From: Planctomycetota bacterium
GTDB taxonomy: Bacteria > Planctomycetota > UBA1135 > UBA2386
Assembly (NCBI GenBank): GCA_947501605.1
Contig: CANMWZ010000001.1
Location: 300,297 to 364,296, forward strand
Direction of reading: 5' to 3'
DNA: 64,000 nucleotides
How positions within the stretch are numbered: the stretch's first letter is position 1; every line of letters begins with the position of its first letter. The translations under genes were made by a program, and so were the position numbers. This document shows positions 19,277 through 29,347 of this stretch, in pieces. Under the pieces are notes generated by a model. That model saw only the letters and a list, made by a program, of their open reading frames with translations. It was not told the origin of the DNA and ran no database searches.

Positions 19277-20542
19277 ATGCTGCGGCCACTCGACACGCAA
19301 TCCGTCCGCCGACACTTCCCAGGCTTGTCCCGCAAGATCGCGGGTGCAGAGGCGGTCTTCTTCGACGGCCCAGCGGGCAGCCAGGTGCCAACGCGCGTCG
19401 CCGCGGCCGTGAGCGATTACCTGCTCCACCACAATGCGAACCACGGCGGCCCGTTCGCCACCTCGGTGGAAACCGACGCGATGGTCGACGCCGCGCGGGC
19501 CGCGTTCGCCGACTTCTTCGGGGCGAGCACGCCGGACGAGATCGTCTTCGGGGCCAACATGACGACGCTCACGTTCCATCTCGCGCGCGCGCTGGCGCGC
19601 ACCTGGAAGCCAGGCGATGTCCTGGTCGTCACGGACAGCGACCACGACGCGAATGTCACGCCGTGGGTTCTGGCTGCGCGCGACGTCGGCGCCAGCGTTC
19701 GTCGCGTGCCGGTGCGAAGCGATACCACGCTCGACCTCGACGCGCTCGACGCCCTCCTCGATGACCGCACGCGCCTTGTCGCCGTCGGCGCGGCCTCGAA
19801 CCTCAGTGGCACCATCCACGACGTGCGCACGATCGCCGATCGGGCCCACCGGCACGGCGCGCTGGTGTTCGTGGATGCAGTGCACTTCGCGGCGCACTGC
19901 CGGATCGACGTTGGTGCCTGGAACTGCGATTTCGTCGCCTGCTCCGCCTACAAGTTCTTCGGCCCCCACCTCGGGGTGCTCTGGGGTCGACAGGAGCTGC
20001 TGCTGAACCTCGAGGCCTACAAGGTGCGCCCGGCGCCGGCGCACGGCCCGGAGAAGTGGCAGACGGGCACCGCCGCCTTCGAGACCATCGCCGGCGCCCT
20101 TGCCGCGGTTGACTATCTCGCCGACCTCGGCAGCGCGGTCGGCAGCCACGGCAACCGGCGCACCAGACTCGACGCCGCGTTTGCCGCCATCGCGCAGCAC
20201 GAGCAGTTGCTGACGACGCGGCTACTGCTCGGGTTGCGTTCGCTCGGTGCCGGCGAAGTTATCGGCCTCGCCGACCCGACCCAGGTCGCGCGCCGCTGCG
20301 CCACGGTGGCGCTCGTGCCGCGCGGCATAGAACCGCTTCGCCTGCAACGGGCACTGGCCGAACGCGGCATCTTTGCCTGGGCCGGTCACAGTTACGCCCT
20401 CGCTCTCTGCGAATCGCTCGGCCTGCTACCGCACGGTGTCCTGCGAGTGGGCCTGCTGCACTACGCCACTGCCGGCGAAGTAGACCGGCTGCTCGAAGCC
20501 CTTGCCCAGTTGGTCGCTTGCGCGGGGACCCGAGGGGCCTAA
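19277..20542 (+). CDS. Cysteine desulfurase-like PLP enzyme (class V aminotransferase, VC1184-like subfamily)
   Basis: FFDGPAGSQVP, FGANMTTL, DHDANVTPW, VDAVH, CSAYKFFGPH (PLP lysine). The SufS catalytic RxGHHC is replaced by WAGHSY. Confidence 0.92.
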   Translation: MLRPLDTQSVRRHFPGLSRKIAGAEAVFFDGPAGSQVPTRVAAAVSDYLLHHNANHGGPFATSVETDAMVDAARAAFADFFGASTPDEIVFGANMTTLTFHLARALARTWKPGDVLVVTDSDHDANVTPWVLAARDVGASVRRVPVRSDTTLDLDALDALLDDRTRLVAVGAASNLSGTIHDVRTIADRAHRHGALVFVDAVHFAAHCRIDVGAWNCDFVACSAYKFFGPHLGVLWGRQELLLNLEAYKVRPAPAHGPEKWQTGTAAFETIAGALAAVDYLADLGSAVGSHGNRRTRLDAAFAAIAQHEQLLTTRLLLGLRSLGAGEVIGLADPTQVARRCATVALVPRGIEPLRLQRALAERGIFAWAGHSYALALCESLGLLPHGVLRVGLLHYATAGEVDRLLEALAQLVACAGTRGA

Positions 20543-20602
20543 CCTGCTCGCCCTCGAAACCGCGGCCGCAATGTTGCGACCCTTTTGACTCCGGAGACTG
20601 TC

Positions 20603-21295
20603 ATGAACTTTTCCAGCCTGATCCGCGCGGCCCTCGCCGCCTCGTTCTTCCTCGCTCCCGCCATCGCCCAGATCCAGACCCTGGGTGGCCCCGACGCCGA
20701 CCGCAAGGCGAGCATGTTGATCTTCGCCGAGATGACCAACGGCTTCACGCCGCACGGCGCCGTCGCCATCAACTACAGCCAGCCGGAGTGGAAGGCGGAC
20801 TACGACAAGGTCCTCGCTTCGGGCAAGTTCAACGGCACCACGCAGCGACTGGGCAAGAACTGGTGGACCAGCCTCGACACGACGATCGCCCTGGAGATCG
20901 GCGGCACGAAGGTCGAAGCCGGCAGCTACTTCCTCGGCCTGCAAATCGGCAAGGACGGCGCTCCGAGCCTGCTCCTCATCGATGCCAAGTCGGCGATGCA
21001 GCACGGTTGGCTGCCGTTCGTGACGGCCGACTGGAAGACGGACACCGTCGCCAAGCTCGAACTGCACAAGGACGCACTCGCCGAGTCCCAAGCAAAGATG
21101 ACGATCGCCATCACGGCCGACAAGGATGACACCAGCAAGGGCAAGCTCTCGATCCAATGGGGCAAGCATGAGCTGTCGGCGGCGGTCGCCTTCCACATGC
21201 ACGGCAAGGGTGACGCCAAGGCTGCGCCCAAGGGTGAGGCCAAGGGCCACGGCGACACGAAGGGCGCCGAGAAGGCGCACGGCGAGAAGAACTGA
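20603..21295 (+). CDS. Secreted DUF2911-like protein
   Basis: Signal peptide ending AIA-Q. AINYSQP...RLGKNWWT...IGGTKVEAGSY...LSIQWG matches the DUF2911 pattern. His/Lys-rich tail. Confidence 0.75.
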   Translation: MNFSSLIRAALAASFFLAPAIAQIQTLGGPDADRKASMLIFAEMTNGFTPHGAVAINYSQPEWKADYDKVLASGKFNGTTQRLGKNWWTSLDTTIALEIGGTKVEAGSYFLGLQIGKDGAPSLLLIDAKSAMQHGWLPFVTADWKTDTVAKLELHKDALAESQAKMTIAITADKDDTSKGKLSIQWGKHELSAAVAFHMHGKGDAKAAPKGEAKGHGDTKGAEKAHGEKN

Positions 21296-21381
21296 TCCGC
21301 AACTCGGCGTGGTGCGCCGGCACGCCGCCGCGCCACGCCGCAACACCGCGTTCGGCACATCTGCCAGCCAGCACTCCGACC

Positions 21382-22125
21382 ATGTGGAAGCGTGCACTTG
21401 AAGCGGCCGCGACCCCGCCGGGGTTGTGCATCCTCTTGCTGCTGGCATTCGTGCTGCTCGTGCGTCGGCGGCCGCGAACCGCTTGGATCTTGTTCGCGGG
21501 CGGCTTCTCGACCCTGTGGTTCGCCTCGACGCCGATTGCCGCCGGCGCGCTGTTGCGCACGTTGCAGACCGCGCCGCCGCTGTTGGCCACCGGACCGCTG
21601 CCGGCAGCGCAGGCCATCGTGGTGCTGAGCGCCGAGGCCGACCGCGAAGCCCCCGAGTACGGTGCCGCCTCGGTGGGCATGATGACCCTGGTGCGCATCC
21701 GCTATGCGGCAGCGCTGTACAAGCGCACACATCTGCCCGTGCTCACCAGTGGCGGGCGCCCGGGCAGCGACGTCGAACCGCTCGGATCGATGATGGCGCG
21801 AGTGCTCGAACAGGAGTTCGACACCCCGGTGCGCTGGCGCGAGGATCGCTCGGCCGACACTTGGGAGAACGCCGCCTTCAGCGCGGAGCTACTGAAGAAG
21901 GAGGGCGTGACCCGCGTGCTGCTGGTCACCCACGCGTGGCATCTGCCGCGGTCCGTCCGCGCGTTTGCCGCACACGGGATCGAGGCCATTGGCGCTGGGA
22001 CGGCATATCGGAGTCCGGCGATCGTCGATTGGACCAGCTTCGTTCCCAGCACGACGGCGCTGCGGGACACCACCTTCGCGCTGCACGAGTGGTACGGCCG
22101 ACTCGCCTACGCGTTCCGCGGGTGA
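21382..22125 (+). CDS. YdcF/ElyC/SanA (DUF218) family membrane protein
   Basis: N-terminal TM segments, AIVVL, LTSGG, EDRSADTWENA, LLVTHAWHLPRS, LHEWYG. Confidence 0.92.
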   Translation: MWKRALEAAATPPGLCILLLLAFVLLVRRRPRTAWILFAGGFSTLWFASTPIAAGALLRTLQTAPPLLATGPLPAAQAIVVLSAEADREAPEYGAASVGMMTLVRIRYAAALYKRTHLPVLTSGGRPGSDVEPLGSMMARVLEQEFDTPVRWREDRSADTWENAAFSAELLKKEGVTRVLLVTHAWHLPRSVRAFAAHGIEAIGAGTAYRSPAIVDWTSFVPSTTALRDTTFALHEWYGRLAYAFRG

Positions 22126-22226
22126 CCCGGCCCTCCGCAACCTGAAGGCCTCCGATACCTGATGGGATCCGCAACCTGATGGGGCCCGAGAAATCCCCGG
22201 GGAGGGGCTTGCACCTCGGCGGGGTC

Positions 22227-22261
22227 CGCATAAATATGCGCGCTCGAAGCATACTTATGCA
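22227..22261 (+). promoter_or_regulatory. Tandem ARG boxes (ArgR operator) overlapping the arg operon promoter and argR start
   Basis: Two AT-rich palindromes CGCATAAATATGCG (22227-22240) and AGCATACTTATGCA (22248-22261) at 21-bp spacing. TTGCAC -35-like hexamer at 22209. Confidence 0.85.
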
Positions 22262-22751
22262 GATTCGCACCACCCCAACCGAGACGCGCGACCAGCGCCG
22301 CCAACGGATCCTGGAGCTCATCCAGCACCACACGATCCGGAACCAGGCAGGCCTGCAGCAGCGGCTCGAAGAGGCCGGACTGGCCGTGAACCAGGCCACC
22401 CTCTCGCGCGACCTGCGCGATCTCGGGGTACACAAAGGGCCCGAAGGCTACGAGCTGCCCGCCGCCGCCTCGCTGACCCAAGCCGTGTCGGGTGGCAGCC
22501 TGTGGCACGCGCTGCAAGCATGGCTTCTGAACGCAACGGCGGCCCAGAATCTCGTCGTGCTCAAGACGCCGCCTAGTTGCGCGCAACCGCTGGCACTGGC
22601 ACTCGATCGCGCCGTCCGTGACGCCCGCGCATTGCCCGGGCTCGTCGGCACCATCGCCGGCGACGACACCGTGCTGGCGATCTGCCAGGACGCCAACAAG
22701 GCGCGCTCCCTCGTCCGCCGCTTGCTGACACAAAAGGACGGCACCGCATGA
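22257..22751 (+). CDS. argR: Arginine repressor
   Basis: NQATLSRDLRDLG helix-turn-helix, GTIAGDDT arginine-binding motif. Confidence 0.96.
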   Translation: MQIRTTPTETRDQRRQRILELIQHHTIRNQAGLQQRLEEAGLAVNQATLSRDLRDLGVHKGPEGYELPAAASLTQAVSGGSLWHALQAWLLNATAAQNLVVLKTPPSCAQPLALALDRAVRDARALPGLVGTIAGDDTVLAICQDANKARSLVRRLLTQKDGTA

Positions 22752-23734
22752 CCAAGAACGTGGCCATCGTCGGCGCGTCGGGCTACACCGGCCGCGAACT
22801 GCTCACGCTGATCTCCCGTCACCGCGGCATGGTGGCGACCGAGATCATGACCGCACGCGCCGGCACCACCCCGGACGCACCGCAGTTCCCAACGGATCCG
22901 GTCATCGCGCCGCTCGATTTGTCTCGGCTCTCCGCCTGCGACGGGGTGTTTCTCTGCACGCCGCACGGTGCCGCCGCCCCGATTGCAAAGGCCGCGCTCG
23001 ACGCCGGCTGCAAGGTTGTTGACCTGTCGGCCGACTTCCGACTGCGTGACGAAGCGCTCTACCAGTCGACCTACGGCTCCGCCCACCCCGCACCTCTCTT
23101 GCTACGCGAGGCGGTCTATGGCCTCACCGAGCATGCGCGTACGGCCCTGCAGCATGCGCGTCTGTGCGCCAACCCGGGCTGCTACCCGACGTCGGTGCTG
23201 ATGCCGCTGCTGCCACTGCTGCAGAACGGCATGCTCGACGACCAGGCGCCGATCATCGCCGACAGCAAGAGCGGCACGTCGGGTGCAGGCAAGGCGCCGG
23301 GCGAGCGCACCCACTTTGGCAATGTGCACGAGAACTTCTGCGCCTACGGCGTCGGCAACCATCGCCACGCTCCTGAGATCCGCCAGGAAGCTGGCACCCA
23401 GCGCATCGTGTTCACGCCGCACCTGCTGCCGACGTTTCGCGGCATCCTGTCGACGATCTATCTGTCGCCGAAGGCCGGCTCCACGGTTGCGGCGATGCGC
23501 AGCTGCCTCGCCGAACGCTACGCCAAGGAGGCCTTCGTCAAGGTCTACGACAACGGCTGGCCCGAGCTGAAGTGCGTGCAACACAGCAACCAGTGCCATA
23601 TCGCGATCGGCCAGTCAGGTCCGCTCGTCGTTGTGGTTTCGGTGATCGACAACTTGGTCAAGGGAGCGTCAGGTCAGGCGCTCCAGAACATGAACGTGAT
23701 GCTCGGCCTGCCCGAGTCGGAGGGACTGCAATGA
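22748..23734 (+). CDS. argC: N-acetyl-gamma-glutamyl-phosphate reductase
   Basis: GASGYTG, DLSADFRL, ANPGCYPT, SGTSGAG, DNLVKGASGQA. Confidence 0.97.
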   Translation: MTKNVAIVGASGYTGRELLTLISRHRGMVATEIMTARAGTTPDAPQFPTDPVIAPLDLSRLSACDGVFLCTPHGAAAPIAKAALDAGCKVVDLSADFRLRDEALYQSTYGSAHPAPLLLREAVYGLTEHARTALQHARLCANPGCYPTSVLMPLLPLLQNGMLDDQAPIIADSKSGTSGAGKAPGERTHFGNVHENFCAYGVGNHRHAPEIRQEAGTQRIVFTPHLLPTFRGILSTIYLSPKAGSTVAAMRSCLAERYAKEAFVKVYDNGWPELKCVQHSNQCHIAIGQSGPLVVVVSVIDNLVKGASGQALQNMNVMLGLPESEGLQ

Positions 23735-24546
23735 GGATTCTCGTCAAGATCGGCGGTGCACAGCTCGAAGAAACGGGCCCCCGCGCGCAACTCTGCCAGG
23801 CAATCGCCGCGGCCCGCAAAGCCGGACATGAAGTCATCGTCGTTCACGGCGGCGGCAACCAGATCCGTCAACTGGGCAAGGACCTCGGCATCGAGGAGCG
23901 CTACCACGAGGGCCTCCGGATCACCGATGCGCGCACCGCGGATGTCGTCCTGATGGTGCTTGGTGGTCAGGTCAACCGCACGCTGGTGGCCGCGCTGCAA
24001 CGCGCCGGAGTGCCTTCGGTAGGCATCAGCGGTGCCGACGGCGGCAGCTTCGCGGTGCGGCCGCTGGTCAAGCCAGGCGTCGACCTCGGGTTCGTCGGCA
24101 AGATCGACATCGTGCGACCGCAACTGGTGTTGACCCTGCTCCAGGGCGACTTCGTCCCGGTCATCGCGACGGTTGCGCCCGGCGTGCACGGCGACGCCAG
24201 CCAACCGTTCTTCAACATCAATGCCGATCACGCGGCTGCACCGCTGTGCAAAGCGTTCGCGTGCGAAGCGATGATCTTCTTGACCGATGTCGACGGCGTG
24301 CGCGGCAAGGACGGCACCATGATGCACGACCTGACGCCCACCGACTGCGACGCGCTCATCAAGTCCGGCATCGCGACCGGCGGCATGATTCCGAAGCTCG
24401 AGGCCGCGCTGCTGGCGCTGAAAGAGAACCCGAACGCGATGGTCAAGATCGCCCCCGCTGGCCAGTCCGATGCCGTGTTGGCGGCGCTCAGGAGCGACGT
24501 CGGCACCACCTTTCATCAAAACGCCTGCGCGACCACGGAGGACTGA
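23731..24546 (+). CDS. argB: Acetylglutamate kinase
   Basis: ATGA overlap at 23731. VKIGG, VHGGGNQI, GLRITD, NINAD, LTDVDGV, GGMIPKL. Confidence 0.96.
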   Translation: MRILVKIGGAQLEETGPRAQLCQAIAAARKAGHEVIVVHGGGNQIRQLGKDLGIEERYHEGLRITDARTADVVLMVLGGQVNRTLVAALQRAGVPSVGISGADGGSFAVRPLVKPGVDLGFVGKIDIVRPQLVLTLLQGDFVPVIATVAPGVHGDASQPFFNINADHAAAPLCKAFACEAMIFLTDVDGVRGKDGTMMHDLTPTDCDALIKSGIATGGMIPKLEAALLALKENPNAMVKIAPAGQSDAVLAALRSDVGTTFHQNACATTED

Positions 24547-24547
24547 G

Positions 24548-25750
24548 ATGGACGAAGGCGTGATGAAGACCTATGCCCGCGCCGACGAGGTGTTCGTCGA
24601 CGGTCATGGCGCGCGGTTGATCGACAGCACCGGTCGCGAATTCCTCGACTTCCTGGCCGGCATCGCCGTCAGCGCCCTGGGCCACGGACACCAAGGCCTG
24701 GCGAGCAGCCTGCGCGACCAGGTCGGCAAAGTCGTGCACCTGTCCAACCTGTTCCGCCACCCGTACACCGAACAGGTCGCGACGCGACTTTGCGCGCACG
24801 CCGGCATGGCGGCGGCCTTCTTCACCAACTCGGGCACCGAGGCCATGGAATGCGCACTGAAGCTGGCGCGCAAAGCGATGCACGTGCGCGGCGAGAAGCA
24901 CAGGACGTCGTTCGTCGCAGTCGAGGGCGGCTTCCACGGCCGTACGATGGGCGCGCTGTCGCTGACCTGGAGCGAGAAGTACCGCAAGCCCTTTGCGCCG
25001 TTGATGGATGTCACCTGGGTGCCGCCCGACGACGTGCAAGCCCTCGAACGCGCCGTCGCAGAGAAACAGCCGTGTGCGGTCGTCTACGAGCCGATCCAGG
25101 GCGAAGGCGGCATCCGAGCGCTGGCGCCGGCCTTCCTCCGCGCGGCGCGCGACCTCTGCACGCGCACCGGCACCGTGCTCGTGCACGACGAGGTGCAGTG
25201 CGGCTGCGGCCGCACTGGTACCTTCCTCGCAGCGCAGCAAGTCGGCGTCCAGCCTGATGTCGTCGTGCTGGCGAAACCGATCGCGGCCGGCCTGCCGATG
25301 GGAGCCTGCCTCGCAAACGCAGCGTTTGCTGACACCTTCGAGAAGGGCGAGCACGGCTCCACTTTCGCTGGCGGCCCCTTGGTATGCCGCGCGGCCTTGG
25401 TGTTTCTCGACGAACTCGATCGCGGCCTACTCGCCAATGTACAGGCACGCGGAGAAGAGCTGCGCGCCGGCCTCGTGGCGATCGGCCGCGAACTGCCGAT
25501 CGTACGCGAAGTGCGGGGCACCGGCCTGATGCTCGGCCTGCGCCTCTGGCACTCGGCCACCGAGTTTCAGAAGGCGCTCTACAAGGCTGGCGTCATCACC
25601 AACTGCACGGCCGGCGACGTCATCCGCATCGTGCCACCCTTCGTCATCACCAGCGCCGAGATCGCGCAGGGCCTGCGGATCATGCAGCAGACACTGGCGA
25701 CCTTTCCCCAGACCCGCGAACTCGGCGCGGCGGTGAGCCCAAAGTCATGA
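24548..25750 (+). CDS. argD: Acetylornithine aminotransferase
   Basis: NSGTEA, FHGRTMG, EPIQGEGG, DEVQCGCGRTG, LAKPIAAG, HGSTFAG. Confidence 0.95.
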   Translation: MDEGVMKTYARADEVFVDGHGARLIDSTGREFLDFLAGIAVSALGHGHQGLASSLRDQVGKVVHLSNLFRHPYTEQVATRLCAHAGMAAAFFTNSGTEAMECALKLARKAMHVRGEKHRTSFVAVEGGFHGRTMGALSLTWSEKYRKPFAPLMDVTWVPPDDVQALERAVAEKQPCAVVYEPIQGEGGIRALAPAFLRAARDLCTRTGTVLVHDEVQCGCGRTGTFLAAQQVGVQPDVVVLAKPIAAGLPMGACLANAAFADTFEKGEHGSTFAGGPLVCRAALVFLDELDRGLLANVQARGEELRAGLVAIGRELPIVREVRGTGLMLGLRLWHSATEFQKALYKAGVITNCTAGDVIRIVPPFVITSAEIAQGLRIMQQTLATFPQTRELGAAVSPKS

Positions 25751-26691
25751 GCGATTCTCTCGATCTCTCGCCACTGTCGCAGAAGGACCTGATCTGCACG
25801 TCGCTCCTCCCAGTGGCGGACATCGAGCGCATCTATGCCGTCGCGCGCCAACTCAAGGCCGGCCGCGACGTGCATACGCGCGTACTGGCCAACAAGCGCC
25901 TCGCGATGATCTTCGAGAAGGACTCGTTGCGCACGCGCTTCACCTTCGACATCGGCATGAACGACCTCGGCGGCAGCGTGTCGTTCATGGACCATCGCGA
26001 TGCGCGCATCGGTTCGCGCGAGTCGGTCAAGGACATCGCCAAGAACCTCGAACGCTGGGTTCACGGCATCGTCGCCCGCACGTTCAAGCACAAGGTGCTC
26101 GAGGATCTGGCCGCGGCAGCCGGCATCCCGGTCATCAACGGGTTGTCCGACCACGTGCACCCGTGCCAGGCACTCGCGGATTTCTTCACGCTGGTGGAGA
26201 AGTGGGACACGCTTCGCGGCAGGACCGTGACCTTCGTCGGTGACGGCAACAACACGTGCCACGCGTTGATCCACACCGCGGTGAAGCTCGGAGTGCACAT
26301 CCGCGTGTGTTCCCCAGAGGGCTATGAGCCCAACTCGCGAGTCGTGAATGAAGCGATGCGCGCGGCCCAGGAGACCGGGGCCGAGGTGCAGATTCTCAAC
26401 GACCCGAAGCAGGCCGCCGATGGGGCCGACGCGATCTACACCGATGTCTGGGCCTCGATGGGCCAAGAAGATGAGATCGAGGAGCGCAACGGCATCTTCG
26501 CGGCCTATCAGGTCGACGAAGAACTGATGTCGCTGGCCAAGCCCGGGGCACTGTTCATGCACTGCTTGCCGGCGCACCGCGGCAAGGAGGTGTCGCAGCA
26601 GGTCATGGATGGCCCCCGCAGCATTGTCTACGACATCGCTGAGAACCGGCTCCACGTCCAGAAGGCAATCCTCGCACTCTTGATCCGCTGA
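25747..26691 (+). CDS. argF: Ornithine carbamoyltransferase
   Basis: FEKDSLRTR, HPCQALAD, VGDGNN, YTDVWASMG, FMHCLPAHRG, AENRLH. Confidence 0.96.
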   Translation: MSDSLDLSPLSQKDLICTSLLPVADIERIYAVARQLKAGRDVHTRVLANKRLAMIFEKDSLRTRFTFDIGMNDLGGSVSFMDHRDARIGSRESVKDIAKNLERWVHGIVARTFKHKVLEDLAAAAGIPVINGLSDHVHPCQALADFFTLVEKWDTLRGRTVTFVGDGNNTCHALIHTAVKLGVHIRVCSPEGYEPNSRVVNEAMRAAQETGAEVQILNDPKQAADGADAIYTDVWASMGQEDEIEERNGIFAAYQVDEELMSLAKPGALFMHCLPAHRGKEVSQQVMDGPRSIVYDIAENRLHVQKAILALLIR

Positions 26692-26702
26692 CCTCGCCCC
26701 CC

Positions 26703-27932
26703 ATGCCGAAGCTCAAGATCGTCCTCGCCTATTCTGGTGGCCTCGACACCTCGATCATCATCCCGTGGCTCAAGGAGAACCATCCGGGCTGCGAAGTTCA
26801 CTGCTACTGCGGCGACATCGGCCAGGGCGACGAAGAGCTGCAAGGCCTCGAAGAGAAGGCCAAGAGGACCGGCGCCGTAACCTGCCGCGTCGAGGACCAG
26901 CGCCGGGCATTCCTCACCGACTACGTGTGGCCATGCGTTCGGGCGATGACGGTCTACGAGGGTCGCTACTTGCTCGGCACCAGCATGGCGCGCCCCATTC
27001 TTGCCAAGGGTCAAGTCGACTACGCTCGCGCGATCGGGGCCAACGCAGTGGCGCACGGTTGCACAGGCAAGGGCAATGACCAAGTGCGTTTCGAGCTCGC
27101 CTACCAAGCCCTCGCACCCGATCTGCAGATCCTCGCGCCATGGCGCCACTGGGACATCCGCAGCCGCGAAGACGCGATCGACTACGCCGAGAAGCGCCAG
27201 ATCCCCATCACCGCGTCGAAAACGAAGATCTACTCACGCGACCGCAATCTGTGGCACATCAGCCACGAAGGCGGCGCCCTCGAATCGCCACGCAACGCCC
27301 CGCCCGACGACGTCTGGATGCTCACTGCCGATCCGCGCAAGGCGCCGGACACGCCGCTCCAGATCACACTGTCGTTCGAGCACGGCGTGCCGGTGAAACT
27401 CAACAACGAGCTGCTGCCACCCGAACAGCTGTTGGCGAAGCTCAATGAGCTCGGCGGCCAGCACGGAGTCGGCCGTGTCGACATCTGTGAGAATCGACTC
27501 GTCGGCATGAAGTCTCGCGGGGTCTACGAGACGCCGGGCGGCACCATCGTGCTCGAAGCCGCGCGTACGCTGCGCGCACTCACGATGGAGCGCGACACAC
27601 TGCGGCTGTGCGAGCGGTTGATGCCCGACTACGCCGACCTCGTCTACACCGGCCGTTGGTTCCATCCGGCGCGGCGAGCGATGGACGCGTTGTTTGCCGA
27701 GGCGACGAGGTTCGTCACCGGCGACGTGCGCGTGCGGCTCTGGAAGGGTGTCGCCACTTCGATCGGGTCCGAGAGCAAGTACAGCCTCTACTCAGAAGAC
27801 CTCGCAACGTTCGGACAGAGCGCGTCGTTCGACCACGCCGACAGCTATGGCTTCGTCAAGCTCTATGGCCTGCCCGGCGCCGTCGCCTCCCGAGTGCAGG
27901 GCAGCGGCACCACCGAGGGCCACGTCCGGTGA
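26703..27932 (+). CDS. argG: Argininosuccinate synthase
   Basis: LAYSGGLDTS, HGCTGKGNDQVRF, ENRLVGMKSRGVYETPG. Confidence 0.98.
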   Translation: MPKLKIVLAYSGGLDTSIIIPWLKENHPGCEVHCYCGDIGQGDEELQGLEEKAKRTGAVTCRVEDQRRAFLTDYVWPCVRAMTVYEGRYLLGTSMARPILAKGQVDYARAIGANAVAHGCTGKGNDQVRFELAYQALAPDLQILAPWRHWDIRSREDAIDYAEKRQIPITASKTKIYSRDRNLWHISHEGGALESPRNAPPDDVWMLTADPRKAPDTPLQITLSFEHGVPVKLNNELLPPEQLLAKLNELGGQHGVGRVDICENRLVGMKSRGVYETPGGTIVLEAARTLRALTMERDTLRLCERLMPDYADLVYTGRWFHPARRAMDALFAEATRFVTGDVRVRLWKGVATSIGSESKYSLYSEDLATFGQSASFDHADSYGFVKLYGLPGAVASRVQGSGTTEGHVR

Positions 27933-29347
27933 GCGAAGCGGGCAAAATGTGGGGTGGACGATTCGCCGGCGAGCTCGACCCGTTCTTCGCCAAGTTCCAG
28001 AAGAGCCTGCCCATCGATCGCGTGCTCGTGTTCGCCGACCTCGAGACCAATCGAGCCTGGGCCAGCGCGCTCGGCCGCGCGTCCGTGCTGCAGCCACACG
28101 ACGTGACCAAAGTGCACGCCGCGATCGACGACTTGGCGACGCACGTCCGCGCGCACGGGGTCCCGGACGACGACGACGCCGAAGATGTTCATAGCTACGT
28201 CGAGCGCGAACTCGGCAAACGGTGCGGCGACCTTGCCAAGCGCATCCACACCGGCCGTTCGCGCAACGACCAAGTCGCGACGGACCTCCGCATCCACTTG
28301 CGCGACGTGGGCAGTGAACTGCTCGCCGCGACCGTTGCCGTGCTCGCCAACCTCGTGCACCAGGCGGATCAGCACGCCGCTGCACCCATGCCGGGCTACA
28401 CGCACATGCAGCGCGCCCAGCCCATCACGATCGGGCACTGGGCGCTGGCACACGTCGAAGCCCTGGCGCGCGATCATGCACGGATCAAGGACGCACTGGC
28501 ACGCATGGATGTGTGCCCGCTCGGCAGCGGGGCGCTTGCCGGCACGCCGCTAGCTGTCGACCGCGAGCAACTTGCCACCGCGCTGGGCTTTCGCAGCGCC
28601 TCGCAAAACAGTCTCGACGCCACCGCCGCGCGCGATCATGCCTGCGAGCTGTTGTTCGCCGCGACGATGGCCATGACCAACCTGTCACGCATGTGCGAGG
28701 ACCTCGTGTTCTTCGCCTCGACCGAGGCGCGCTTCGGCCGATTCGGCGACCGCGTCTCGACCGGATCGAGCCTGATGCCGCAAAAGCGCAACCCAGACGC
28801 CGCCGAGCTGGTGCGCGGCAACTGCGGCCTCGTTCTCGGCGGCCTCGTGGCACTGCTGACGACGATGAAGGGCCTCCCGCTCGCGTACAACCGCGACCTT
28901 CAGGAAGACAAGAGCGCCCTGCTGCCCGCGCTGCAGCGCACGATCGACTGCCTTCGAGTCGCCGCACTCGCCGTCGATGACTTTGCGTTCGACACGGACC
29001 GCTGCGCCAAAGAAGCGGATCGGGGTTTCCAGAATGCCACCGACCTCGCCGACTTGCTGGTCAGCCACGGCGTCGCCTTCCGCGATGCCCATGAACTCGT
29101 CGGCAAGGCCGTGGACCGTGCCCAGGTCCTCGGCTGCGAACTGCAAGACCTGCCAGCAGCCGAGCAGCGCCGTCTGCTGCCGCAACTGCACCTCGACCTG
29201 TCGCAAGCACTGGCCGCCAATGTGATTCTCGCCCGCCGCGACGTACTCGGCGGCACCGCCCCTCGCCGCGTGCGTGAGCAAGTCGCACGCTGGCAACAAC
29301 TCGTCCTCGCCGCCAACCGTCCCGCTACCGAAACGCACCGCCGATGA
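27929..29347 (+). CDS. argH: Argininosuccinate lyase
   Basis: GTGA overlap. MWGGRF, HTGRSRNDQ, PGYTHMQRAQP, GSSLMPQKRNPD, YNRDLQEDK. Confidence 0.97.
   Translation: MSEAGKMWGGRFAGELDPFFAKFQKSLPIDRVLVFADLETNRAWASALGRASVLQPHDVTKVHAAIDDLATHVRAHGVPDDDDAEDVHSYVERELGKRCGDLAKRIHTGRSRNDQVATDLRIHLRDVGSELLAATVAVLANLVHQADQHAAAPMPGYTHMQRAQPITIGHWALAHVEALARDHARIKDALARMDVCPLGSGALAGTPLAVDREQLATALGFRSASQNSLDATAARDHACELLFAATMAMTNLSRMCEDLVFFASTEARFGRFGDRVSTGSSLMPQKRNPDAAELVRGNCGLVLGGLVALLTTMKGLPLAYNRDLQEDKSALLPALQRTIDCLRVAALAVDDFAFDTDRCAKEADRGFQNATDLADLLVSHGVAFRDAHELVGKAVDRAQVLGCELQDLPAAEQRRLLPQLHLDLSQALAANVILARRDVLGGTAPRRVREQVARWQQLVLAANRPATETHRR

Noticed and set aside
19277..20542. Cysteine desulfurase-like gene as the sulfur donor for the nearby LarE
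   Set aside because: It lacks the catalytic Cys loop (WAGHSY instead of RxGHHC), so canonical persulfide delivery is unsupported. Proximity alone is weak evidence.
22135..22179. Direct repeat CCGCAACCTGA (22135 and 22169) upstream of argR
   Set aside because: Only two 11-bp copies plus a partial one. Not an array, and no function can be supported.
25747..26691. SLRT carbamoyl-phosphate motif suggesting an N-acetyl- or N-succinyl-ornithine transcarbamylase
   Set aside because: The DVWASMG and HCLPAHRG motifs are those of ordinary ornithine carbamoyltransferase, and argJ supplies ornithine.
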